A stretch of DNA of 64,000 bases from a virus, in IMG/VR virus record IMGVR_UViG_3300017716_002595, positions 1 to 64,000 of that record. The stretch is one strand, 5' to 3'. Both the position numbers and the translations under genes were made by a program. Positions 50,119-58,637 of this stretch are shown in pieces; within the stretch, counting starts at the first letter, position 1, and each line of letters opens with the position of its first letter. The notes below the pieces were generated by a model. That model worked only from the letters and a program-made list of their open reading frames with translations. It did no database searches and was not told the DNA's origin.

Positions 50119-51477
50119 TTGACAACTTTATCAAAACTGTCCCAATACGGACCAGCATTTCAAATCAAAGTAATAGGCGCTCTATTAACAGATAGAAATT
50201 TCTTAATTACTATATCCGATGCTTTAACTGAAGATTATTTTGAAAATACTTCACACCAATGGATTATTAAGGAAGTTTTAAGTTATTTTCATAAATACCA
50301 TACTGTGCCTTCAATGGAAGCACTAAAGGTAGAAATACAAAAAATTGAAAATGATGTATTACAAATAGCAGTTAAAGAACAATTAGTACAAGCATATCGA
50401 GATTCGGAACAGACAGATGCTCAATACATTAAAGATGAATTTTTAGGATTTTGCCGAAATCAGCAAATGAAAAAAGCTATTATTGCTTCTACAAATTTAT
50501 TAAGTATTAATGACTTTGATTCAATTAGACAATTAATTCTTAATGCACTTAAAGTAGGTGAAATAAGATCTATTGGTCATGAGTATGAAAAAGATGTTGA
50601 AACTAGATATCGTGATGATAATAGATCACCAATTCCATTCCCTTGGGATGTTATGAATAATATTACACAAGGTGGTTATGGTAAAGGTGAATTAGTCATT
50701 ATATTTGGTAATCCTGGTGGTGGTAAATCATGGGCTATTATTGATATGGCAACACATGCTGCTAAATTAGGATTTAATGTATTATATTATACTCTTGAAT
50801 TAAGTGAAACTTATGTAGCAAGACGTATGGATGCTAATTTATTACATATTCCTGTAGACAAAATTACAGCACATCGTGAAGAAATTGAGAAAATGGCTCA
50901 AGAAATACCTGGTAAAATTAAAATTAAAGAATTTCCTGCAGGTAAAACTACATTAGACAATATTGAACAACATATTGAGCAATTAAGAATGCAATATGAA
51001 TTTGTACCTGATGTTATTTTTATTGATTACATTGATTTACTTAAAAATTCATCACGAGATAGATTAGAAGGTACTGAAGATATTTACACCAGTATTCGAG
51101 GATTAGCAACAGAATTAGGTCTTCCAATTGTAACTCCATCACAAGCTAATAGAACAGGTGCTAAAAGTGATATTATTGAAGGAGATAATATAGCAGGTTC
51201 ATATTCTAAATTAATGATTGGTGATATTGTTTTATCATTAGCTAGAAATAGAAAAGATAAATTAGAAGGTACAGGCCGTTGGCATGTTATGAAAAATAGA
51301 TTAGGAGGAGATGGTATGACATTCGCATCAACCATCGATACTTCCATGGGTAAAATCGAGATATTCGAAGACTTCCTAGAAATCGATACCTCATCCACAG
51401 ACAAAAAGCCAGGCGATTATAACGCAGTAGATAGAGATGAAAAAGACTTTTTGAGAAATTTTATTCTTAATTCGTAA
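50119..51477 (+). CDS. Replicative DnaB-like helicase (T4 gp41-like)
   Basis: GNPGGGKS, YTLELS, IDYIDL, SQANR, MKNRLG; TTG start. Confidence 0.92.
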   Translation: MTTLSKLSQYGPAFQIKVIGALLTDRNFLITISDALTEDYFENTSHQWIIKEVLSYFHKYHTVPSMEALKVEIQKIENDVLQIAVKEQLVQAYRDSEQTDAQYIKDEFLGFCRNQQMKKAIIASTNLLSINDFDSIRQLILNALKVGEIRSIGHEYEKDVETRYRDDNRSPIPFPWDVMNNITQGGYGKGELVIIFGNPGGGKSWAIIDMATHAAKLGFNVLYYTLELSETYVARRMDANLLHIPVDKITAHREEIEKMAQEIPGKIKIKEFPAGKTTLDNIEQHIEQLRMQYEFVPDVIFIDYIDLLKNSSRDRLEGTEDIYTSIRGLATELGLPIVTPSQANRTGAKSDIIEGDNIAGSYSKLMIGDIVLSLARNRKDKLEGTGRWHVMKNRLGGDGMTFASTIDTSMGKIEIFEDFLEIDTSSTDKKPGDYNAVDRDEKDFLRNFILNS

Positions 51478-51520
51478 TGTTACCTATTTATAGACCCATC
51501 TTTAAAATTTAAAAAGAAAC

Positions 51521-52501
51521 ATGAGAGACATTACAAAAGAAAGAGTAGTTTACAAGCCATTCGAATACCCCGAAGCACATGATTATTGGTTAAAACAGCA
51601 ACAAGCACATTGGTTACATACAGAAGTTCCTATGATGTCTGATGTAAATGATTGGAAGCAAAATTTATTAGAAACTGAAAAAAATATTATTGGTTCTATT
51701 TTAAAAGGTTTCGCACAAACAGAAACAGTAGTAAATGATTACTGGACAAATTTAGTAACATCTTGGTTTAGAAAACCAGAAATTATTAAAATGGCTGTTA
51801 CTTTTGGAGCATTTGAAACTATTCATGCTGAAGCTTATTCATTATTAAATGAAGAATTAGGACTAGATAATTTTTCTGAATTTTTAGAAGATGAAGCTAC
51901 AATGGCTAAGATTCAGGGATTAATGGATGTAAGAGATTCACACAATGGTGAAGTTGATTGGAGTAAAAGAGCAAAATCATTAGCTATATTTTCAGCATTC
52001 ACTGAAGGAGTTAATTTATTTTCATCATTTGCAATTTTATTGTCTTTTAAATTAAGAAATTTATTAAAGGGAGTAGGACAGATTGTAGAATGGTCAATTA
52101 GAGATGAATCATTACATTCAGAAGCAGGATGTTGGTTATTTAGACAATTAATGTTAGAAAAACCAGAATTAAACACACCTGAACTAAAAAAATCAATTGA
52201 AGAAGCAGCTTTATTATCTTTAAAATTAGAATTAGACTTTATTGATAAAGTTTATGAAATGGGAGATTTAGATGGTTGTTCAAAATATGATTTAGTTAGC
52301 TTTATTAAATATAGAGTTAACACTAAAATGCAAGATTTAGGTTACGAGTCTATAGTAAATGGAATTGATGATGCTTCAATAAAAAGAATGAAATGGTTTG
52401 ATAGTTTATCAGCTGGTAAACAACATACAGATTTCTTCGCATCAAGAGTAACAAATTATTCAAAAGGAGTTCAAAACTGGGACGCAAACGATTTATTTTA
52501 A
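51521..52501 (+). CDS. nrdB: Ribonucleotide reductase class I small subunit
   Basis: YKPFEYP, AQTE, ETIHAEAY, TEG, RDESLH, HTDFF. Confidence 0.95.
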   Translation: MRDITKERVVYKPFEYPEAHDYWLKQQQAHWLHTEVPMMSDVNDWKQNLLETEKNIIGSILKGFAQTETVVNDYWTNLVTSWFRKPEIIKMAVTFGAFETIHAEAYSLLNEELGLDNFSEFLEDEATMAKIQGLMDVRDSHNGEVDWSKRAKSLAIFSAFTEGVNLFSSFAILLSFKLRNLLKGVGQIVEWSIRDESLHSEAGCWLFRQLMLEKPELNTPELKKSIEEAALLSLKLELDFIDKVYEMGDLDGCSKYDLVSFIKYRVNTKMQDLGYESIVNGIDDASIKRMKWFDSLSAGKQHTDFFASRVTNYSKGVQNWDANDLF

Positions 52502-52504
52502 TAT

Positions 52505-54220
52505 ATGGACAACAATAGTTTAATAGCAGATTACACGCAATGGGAAAGGGGTAAAGATTATCCTGAATATTTCGACGAAATATCATTAGCAACAATTAGC
52601 AAGGGATACTTGCTACCTGGAGAAACACCTAGAAAAGCATACAGAAGAGTAGCAATTGCTACTGCGACAAGATTAAACCGACCTGATTTAGAGAATAAAT
52701 TCTTTAAAATATTATGGAATGGTTGGTTAGGATTAGCATCTCCTGTATTATCAAACATGGGTACAGATAGAGGTTTACCTATTTCATGTTTTGGTGTAGA
52801 TACACCGGATTCTATACGAGGAATCGGTTTAACTAACGCAGAACTAATGAAATTGACATCTGTTGGTGGAGGAGTAGGTATTAGTTTATCTCGCATTAGA
52901 CCACGTGGAAGAGAAATTAAAGGTAATGGTAAATCTGAAGGAGTAGTACCATGGGCTAAAATTTATGACTCAACTATTATCGCTACTAATCAGGGTAATG
53001 TTAGAAGAGGAGCAGCATCTGTTAATTTAGATATTAACCATGCAGATATTGATGAATTCTTAGAAATCAGAAGACCAAAAGGAGATCCAAATAGACAATG
53101 TTTAAATTTACATCAATGTGTTGTTGTAGATGATGTGTTTATGAGAAAATTAGAATCAAGAGATCAACCATCAATGGAGCGTTGGGCTAAGATTTTAAAA
53201 GCTAGAATGGAAACTGGAGAACCATATATTATGTTTAAGGATAATGTAAATAAAGCAAATCCTATTGCTTACATGATGCATAATCTTGATGTTTCAATGA
53301 CTAACATTTGTACTGAAATTACTCTTCATACAGATGAAGAACATTCATTTATTTGTTGTTTATCTTCATTAAATTTAGCTAAGTATGATGAATGGAAAGA
53401 TACAGACACCGTTCAATTATCTATTTACTTTTTAGATGGGGTAATGCAAGAATTTATTGAAAAAACAAGTGGTAAAGAAAGTATGACTAGAACAAATGCT
53501 CACGCTAAAAAAGGTAGAGCATTAGGATTAGGAGTAATGGGGTGGCATACATTCCTACAACAAAAAGGATTACCATTTAATTCAATTGCTTCAACTGCTC
53601 ACACTCACAATATCTTTAGTAAAATTAAAAACGAAGCAGAAGCTGCATCTCGTCAATTAGCTGTAGAATATGGAGAACCATTATGGTGTCGTGGAACTGG
53701 TATGCGTAATACGCATTTACTTGCGATAGCTCCGACGGTATCTAACAGTGTCATAACAGGCGGTATTTCAGCAGGAATTGAGCCGTTACCCGCAAATATT
53801 TACACATTTAATGGTGCTAAAGGTACATTTATTCGTAAAAATAAGGTATTAGAAAACTTATTAGAAGAAAAAGGTCAAAATAAAGATAAATACTGGGATC
53901 AAATGTTAAGAGATAATGGTAGTGTTTTAGGTTTACCTGACACTATATTATCACCAGATGAAAAAGAATTATTTTTAACATTCCCTGAAATTAATCAGTT
54001 AGAATTAGTTAGACAAGCAGCAATTAGACAAAGATATATTGATCAAACTCAATCTTTAAATCTATCATTTGATCCTCAAGATTCACCAAAATGGATTAAC
54101 CAGGTTCATATGGAAGCTCATAAATTAGGAATTAAAACATTATATTATTTAAGAACTGATTCAGTAATTAAAGGTGATTTAGGATCACGTCAAGCTGAAT
54201 GCGTAAGTTGTGAAGGTTAA
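52505..54220 (+). CDS. nrdA: Ribonucleotide reductase class I large subunit, no ATP cone
   Basis: PISCF, TNICTEI, CCLSSLN, AIAPT, KTLYY, C-terminal CVSCEG. Confidence 0.95.
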   Translation: MDNNSLIADYTQWERGKDYPEYFDEISLATISKGYLLPGETPRKAYRRVAIATATRLNRPDLENKFFKILWNGWLGLASPVLSNMGTDRGLPISCFGVDTPDSIRGIGLTNAELMKLTSVGGGVGISLSRIRPRGREIKGNGKSEGVVPWAKIYDSTIIATNQGNVRRGAASVNLDINHADIDEFLEIRRPKGDPNRQCLNLHQCVVVDDVFMRKLESRDQPSMERWAKILKARMETGEPYIMFKDNVNKANPIAYMMHNLDVSMTNICTEITLHTDEEHSFICCLSSLNLAKYDEWKDTDTVQLSIYFLDGVMQEFIEKTSGKESMTRTNAHAKKGRALGLGVMGWHTFLQQKGLPFNSIASTAHTHNIFSKIKNEAEAASRQLAVEYGEPLWCRGTGMRNTHLLAIAPTVSNSVITGGISAGIEPLPANIYTFNGAKGTFIRKNKVLENLLEEKGQNKDKYWDQMLRDNGSVLGLPDTILSPDEKELFLTFPEINQLELVRQAAIRQRYIDQTQSLNLSFDPQDSPKWINQVHMEAHKLGIKTLYYLRTDSVIKGDLGSRQAECVSCEG

Positions 54221-54404
54221 TATGGATACATCAAATAAAATACTAAAATATTTGGAGACTGTTGAAAAAGATATTAAATTTATAGAAGAACAGATAAAAG
54301 CCAATCCAAATAATATAACACAATATGAAGAACAACTAGATTCGCTTTTAGCGAATTTAGGTTCTGAATTATTATTACTAAGTAAAGAAGAAGAAACAGA
54401 ATAA
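54210..54404 (+). CDS. Small hypothetical protein (start possibly at ATG 54222)
   Basis: Fills the gap between nrdA and queD. Confidence 0.45.
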   Translation: MKVNMDTSNKILKYLETVEKDIKFIEEQIKANPNNITQYEEQLDSLLANLGSELLLLSKEEETE

Positions 54405-54407
54405 GTT

Positions 54408-54917
54408 ATGGGAAAGTACCAATCAACAAAATTATTCGATAACTACTCAGTAGCTATCAGACAATGGAAAGCACAACATTCACACTGTCAATTATTACAC
54501 GGTTATGCATTAGAATTCAAAGTATGGTTTGAATCAATTGAACCTTTAGAGGAAAATCAATTAGATGAAATGAACTGGATTATGGATTATGGTGGATTTA
54601 AACCACTTCCAAAAGGAGGAGAATCAGTCGAAGAATTAAAGAAAACCGGTAACGGTTTAAAAGATTGGATGGACTATATGTGGGACCACACTCTATTAAT
54701 TGAGAAAGATGACCCACAATTAGAAACATTCCAATATATGCAAGAATTAGGATTATGTCATTTACGAGTTATGGATAAAATTGGAGCTGAATCAGCTGCT
54801 AAAATGGTTTATGACAAGTTTAATGATGTAATGTCTAAGAGTGGTGGTGGTAGAGTAAAAGTAGTAAAAGTAGAGTGTTGGGAAGCACCTAAAAATTCAA
54901 GTATTTACCAAGAATAA
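54408..54917 (+). CDS. queD: 6-carboxytetrahydropterin synthase
   Basis: SHCQLLHGY, WIMDYG, WDHTLL, AESAA, VECWE. Confidence 0.85.
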   Translation: MGKYQSTKLFDNYSVAIRQWKAQHSHCQLLHGYALEFKVWFESIEPLEENQLDEMNWIMDYGGFKPLPKGGESVEELKKTGNGLKDWMDYMWDHTLLIEKDDPQLETFQYMQELGLCHLRVMDKIGAESAAKMVYDKFNDVMSKSGGGRVKVVKVECWEAPKNSSIYQE

Positions 54918-54925
54918 ATTATATT

Positions 54926-55177
54926 ATGAAAAAAGTCATTAGATTTACAGCAGCATGGTGTGGACCATGTAAATTATTTGCTCCTACATTTAACCAAGTA
55001 GCAGCAGAAACTTCAGGAGTACAATTTGAAACAGTTGATGTTGATTCAGGACATCAATCTATTATGGAAAATGGAATTAGAAACGTTCCTACTACTGTAG
55101 TAATTGAAGCAAATGGTACTATAAGAAAACAAAGTGGAAACATGAGTGCAAGCGCACTAAAAGCCTTTATTGGATAA
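54926..55177 (+). CDS. trxA: Thioredoxin
   Basis: FTAAWCGPCK, IRNVPT. Confidence 0.92.
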   Translation: MKKVIRFTAAWCGPCKLFAPTFNQVAAETSGVQFETVDVDSGHQSIMENGIRNVPTTVVIEANGTIRKQSGNMSASALKAFIG

Positions 55178-55965
55178 TGAAAATATCACACGAATTACCG
55201 TTATCATTACTTCCATATAGTTTTGGGTGGAATGATTATGAGTACTGTTTACCTCACTTATTAGATAAACATAGTGATTATAGACAATTTTTCTTAGATT
55301 CAAGAGAAAGAAATCGTTTTATTATTATGGATAATGGGTTATTTGAAGGTGTAACACACACAACTCAAGACCTATTAGAAAAAATCAATTTAATCGAACC
55401 AGATATCTTTATTGTACCTGATGAATGGAATGATAAAGCAATAACGGCTAAAAATGCTAAACATTGGTTACAATATGACTTACCAGAACGCACTAACTTA
55501 ATGATAGTGATGCAAGGTAGAACTATAAGTGAAATGCATCAATTATACCAACAGTGTGTTGATTTAGGTTATACTCACTTCGCATTTAATCATTCTTCTG
55601 TATTATATCAAGAATTATGCCCTACAGAAAATAAACTAGCTAATCAAACAGTTGGAAGGGTATTACTTTTAGAAAATATGAAAGATGAAAAATTAATTAA
55701 ACCACATCACTATATCCATTTACTAGGATGTTCGGTACCTCAAGAATTTACTCACTACAGAGATAATTGGGAACCAGGAATGATTAATTCAGTAGATACT
55801 TCAAACCCAATTATATGTGGTGCCTTAGGTATTAGATATGATGAAGTAGGTTTATTAGAAAAACCATCAAACAAAATTGAAGAATTTATGGAGTCTAATT
55901 TAGATGAACAATTAGAAGACATCAAATATAATATACAAGGCTTTAAAAACTTCTGCAATAAATAG
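55177..55965 (+). CDS. TGT-fold protein, putative DpdA-like DNA-guanine transglycosylase
   Basis: IMDNG, VPD, VMQG, IHLLG and SVDTS motifs of the TGT/DpdA fold; lies between queD and queC. Confidence 0.65.
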   Translation: MKISHELPLSLLPYSFGWNDYEYCLPHLLDKHSDYRQFFLDSRERNRFIIMDNGLFEGVTHTTQDLLEKINLIEPDIFIVPDEWNDKAITAKNAKHWLQYDLPERTNLMIVMQGRTISEMHQLYQQCVDLGYTHFAFNHSSVLYQELCPTENKLANQTVGRVLLLENMKDEKLIKPHHYIHLLGCSVPQEFTHYRDNWEPGMINSVDTSNPIICGALGIRYDEVGLLEKPSNKIEEFMESNLDEQLEDIKYNIQGFKNFCNK

Positions 55966-55996
55966 TTGGAAAACTAATATAAATTTATTATATTTA
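55965..55996 (+). promoter_or_regulatory. Class A promoter
   Basis: GTTG-N20-TATATTTA. Confidence 0.7.
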
Positions 55997-56016
55997 CATA
56001 AATAAAATTAAACGTT

Positions 56017-56160
56017 ATGAGCAAAACATCTGCAAAAAGTAAGTACGAGCAATTAATGGCTTGGCTACCAACTTTAGGACAATCTAAAAAGTCTAAAGTA
56101 GAAAAACAATCCACAAAATTCAGCAAAGCTGATTATTATAAAGAAAGAGGAGCTAAATAA
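56017..56160 (+). CDS. Small basic protein (47 aa), not in ORF track
   Basis: MSKTSAKSKYEQLMAWLPTLG..; CGTTATG start after promoter. Confidence 0.6.
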   Translation: MSKTSAKSKYEQLMAWLPTLGQSKKSKVEKQSTKFSKADYYKERGAK

Positions 56161-56333
56161 TGATTGAAGCATTAAGACATGCTTTTGGTCTTTGTGGAGA
56201 ACATTGGCACCCTAACATACTAAATATATCAGCCGCTTCTTTAGGATTTGTAGGATTATCTTCATATATTAAATACAAGTTTAACATTTTAAAAAGTTAT
56301 GTAACATGGAACAAGAACAAAAACCGTACATGA
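56160..56333 (+). CDS. Small membrane protein (57 aa) with H/C motif, not in ORF track
   Basis: TAATG coupling; MIEALRHAFGLCGEHWHPNIL followed by a hydrophobic stretch. Confidence 0.55.
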   Translation: MIEALRHAFGLCGEHWHPNILNISAASLGFVGLSSYIKYKFNILKSYVTWNKNKNRT

Positions 56334-56569
56334 TGTCTCTTTATGAGTATCTAGGTAAAGCTGCTGGATCTGAATTAGGTAAAGAAGTAGCAGAAACTGC
56401 TGTAAAGTTAAAAGAAACTATACATAAAAAGTATATAGAAAATACTCGTTATAAAGGGGAAATATTAATGTATCGTAGAGAATTTCTTGATACTTACTTC
56501 GGGAATATAGTATATGAGGGTGAAGTAAAACCTTCTAATGGAGATCCTGAAAATTATGTTCAATTATAA
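56306..56569 (+). CDS. Hypothetical protein
   Basis: MSLYEYLGKAAG..YKGEILMYRREFL. Confidence 0.65.
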   Translation: MEQEQKPYMMSLYEYLGKAAGSELGKEVAETAVKLKETIHKKYIENTRYKGEILMYRREFLDTYFGNIVYEGEVKPSNGDPENYVQL

Positions 56570-56573
56570 TAAT

Positions 56574-56605
56574 AACGTTTGCCTATACGTTTCAAATACC
56601 TGGTA
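56574..56605 (+). ncRNA. Candidate H-type pseudoknot leader of queC
   Basis: P1 AACGT/ACGTT; loop TGCC pairs with GGTA at 56602-56605; followed by an A-rich tail. Confidence 0.35.
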
Positions 56606-56622
56606 CAAATAAAAAATAAATT

Positions 56623-57573
56623 ATGTCTAAAAAACATGTTGTAGTATCCTTAAGTGGAGGAATGGACTCAAGTACATTATTACTTAGATGTCTAAAAGAA
56701 TATGATAGTGTAACAGCTATTTCATTTGACTATGGTCAAAAACATAGTGTAGAGCTACAAAGAGCTCAATCATTGGTAGATTATGTTAATTCTACTTTAA
56801 GTAATTTAAGTTTTGAAGAAAAAGTTCAATGGGTTATGAAAAACCGAGATATTGAATTAGAAAACTTAGCTATTACTGAAGCAGCATCAAATTTATCTCC
56901 TATTACTTATCGTCAAATCCAATTAAATGGGTTAGTTGATTTATTAGATTCAGCCTTAGTAACAGGAGGTGAAGATGTACCAGAAGGTCATTATGCAGAA
57001 GATAATATGAAAGCAACAGTTGTTCCTAACAGAAACAAAATATTTGCTTCTATTACTCAAGCAGTAGCCTTATCAATTGCAAATCGTACAGGAGAGAATT
57101 GTGATATTGCTTTAGGTATTCACGCTGGAGATCATGCTATCTATCCAGACTGTAGACAAGAATTTAGAGATGCAGATGATGCAGCTTTTAGAATTGGAAA
57201 CTGGGAAGCTGAAAGAGTAGGTTATTTTACACCTTACTTAGAAGGAGATAAATTTACTATCCTTCAAGACGGAGAAGTGTTATGTAAAGAGTTGTACTTA
57301 GACTTTGATGAAGTTTATAAAAGAACTAATACATCTTACAAACCAATCCTTCTAGATATTGAAACTACATATTCAAAAGATGGAGTAACTTATTGGGATA
57401 ATAAAAAAGAATGGTTTTCAGATTATAAATCAGCTTCATCAGTTGAAAGAGTAGAAGCATTTATTAAATTAGGAAGACCTGATCCAGCTCCTTACGCAGA
57501 CGAAACAGGACCAGTAACATGGGAATATGTAGTAACAGAAGTAACAAAAGTATTAGATAATCATAATAAATAA
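56623..57573 (+). CDS. queC: 7-cyano-7-deazaguanine synthase
   Basis: SLSGGMDS PP-loop, FDYGQKH, TVVPNRN, GIHAGDHAIYPDCR. Confidence 0.93.
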   Translation: MSKKHVVVSLSGGMDSSTLLLRCLKEYDSVTAISFDYGQKHSVELQRAQSLVDYVNSTLSNLSFEEKVQWVMKNRDIELENLAITEAASNLSPITYRQIQLNGLVDLLDSALVTGGEDVPEGHYAEDNMKATVVPNRNKIFASITQAVALSIANRTGENCDIALGIHAGDHAIYPDCRQEFRDADDAAFRIGNWEAERVGYFTPYLEGDKFTILQDGEVLCKELYLDFDEVYKRTNTSYKPILLDIETTYSKDGVTYWDNKKEWFSDYKSASSVERVEAFIKLGRPDPAPYADETGPVTWEYVVTEVTKVLDNHNK

Positions 57574-57577
57574 GATT

Positions 57578-57919
57578 ATGGACAAAACAGTAAGCAGTCT
57601 CACAATTTCAGGTATATCCACTATAAACGGATATTCAGGAACAACACTTAACACAAATTTAAACGGAACAAATAACACATACTTAACAGATTACACATTT
57701 AATCCAAATAACATGACACCAAAACAAGTACACGTAGCAGTATTCACAATCAAAAGAGATAAAGATACAAATGAAATCAATTCAACAACATTTGTAAAAG
57801 AATTATGGGTTGAGCAAAAGAACGGAACATCAATTGATTTACTAGTTGCTAAAAAATTAGATAAAGATTTTGATCCAGAAACAACTATTATTAAAGTACT
57901 TTCAACAGTAAGTTTCTAA
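57578..57919 (+). CDS. Hypothetical protein
   Basis: T/N-rich N-terminus and globular C-terminus. Confidence 0.55.
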   Translation: MDKTVSSLTISGISTINGYSGTTLNTNLNGTNNTYLTDYTFNPNNMTPKQVHVAVFTIKRDKDTNEINSTTFVKELWVEQKNGTSIDLLVAKKLDKDFDPETTIIKVLSTVSF

Positions 57920-57926
57920 TAAAAAG

Positions 57927-57958
57927 TTTGGAGAACCAAAAAATTATTCATATATTGA
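57927..57958 (+). promoter_or_regulatory. Class A promoter
   Basis: TTTG-N20-TATATTGA. Confidence 0.65.
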
Positions 57959-57980
57959 ATTAACTTAAAAAAATAAAATC

Positions 57981-58142
57981 ATGAAAAAAGTATTTTTAGT
58001 ATTAGCATTAGTAGCTGGTTTAACAGTTACAAGTTGTAAACAAGCAGGAACAGCTGAAACATCAACAGTAGACTCAACAGAGGTAGCGGTTGATTCAGTT
58101 CAAGTAGATTCAACATCAGTTGACACTACAATAGTAGAATAA
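57981..58142 (+). CDS. Small lipoprotein (53 aa), not in ORF track
   Basis: MKKVFLVLALVAGLTVTS/CKQ lipobox; tail with VDST/VDSV/VDTT repeats. Confidence 0.8.
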   Translation: MKKVFLVLALVAGLTVTSCKQAGTAETSTVDSTEVAVDSVQVDSTSVDTTIVE

Positions 58143-58150
58143 ATTACCAA

Positions 58151-58237
58151 GAATCGGTTAGTGTAATCAGTGTAATGCTGGCAGAGGGTAACACCGCTTC
58201 TATGCGGGATGAGGGTTCGAGTCCCTCACCGATTCCA
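58151..58237 (+). ncRNA. Aberrant tRNA-like RNA
   Basis: Acceptor stem GAATCGGT/ACCGATTC, perfect T arm GAGGG-TTCGAGT-CCCTC, D stem GTGT/ACAC with a 26 nt loop, truncated anticodon arm. Confidence 0.65.
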
Positions 58238-58246
58238 AATTTTAAG

Positions 58247-58605
58247 ACTACCGTTCTTTGAAATAAAACTTATAAATTATGGAACAAATTTTAGCATTTG
58301 TTTTAGGTGTTAGTGGAGCTCTTCTTGTATGGGGAGTTGTGGTAGCGTTTAAGACAGCAAAGTTAGCAAAACAAAATGAACAAAGTATTCTAAATATAGA
58401 ACAATGGGTTCATAGAAACGATGAATTAGTAAATCGTAGAATTGATCAAGAAATTGATCGAGTAGATCGTCTACATCAAGACAGTATTTCATTTACTGAC
58501 TCTAGAGTAGATAAATTAGAAGCAAAAATCTTATTAGTTGATAAGGATGGTTGTGAACCAACTAAAAAATTATTAAAAGGATAAATTAACCCAAAGAACG
58601 GTAGT
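58247..58605. repeat. Perfect 14 bp inverted repeat enclosing one ORF
   Basis: ACTACCGTTCTTTG (58247-58260) and CAAAGAACGGTAGT (58592-58605). Confidence 0.9.
58279..58584 (+). CDS. Membrane-anchored coiled-coil protein
   Basis: N-terminal TM segment ILAFVLGVSGALLVWGVVVAF. Confidence 0.7.
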   Translation: MEQILAFVLGVSGALLVWGVVVAFKTAKLAKQNEQSILNIEQWVHRNDELVNRRIDQEIDRVDRLHQDSISFTDSRVDKLEAKILLVDKDGCEPTKKLLKG

Positions 58606-58637
58606 AAAAATATTATTAATTTAAAATCAGAGTTATT

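Noticed and set aside
3774-54220. Introns or inteins in terminase, helicase, RecA, polymerase or RNR
   Set aside because: All are uninterrupted and of normal or short length, with no intein termini or homing endonuclease motifs
58192-58209. Amber suppressor (CTA) or Arg (TCT) tRNA call, and stop-codon reassignment
   Set aside because: A 7 nt loop with a 5 bp stem cannot be formed in either register. Genes are intact in the standard code and TAG/TGA serve as normal stops
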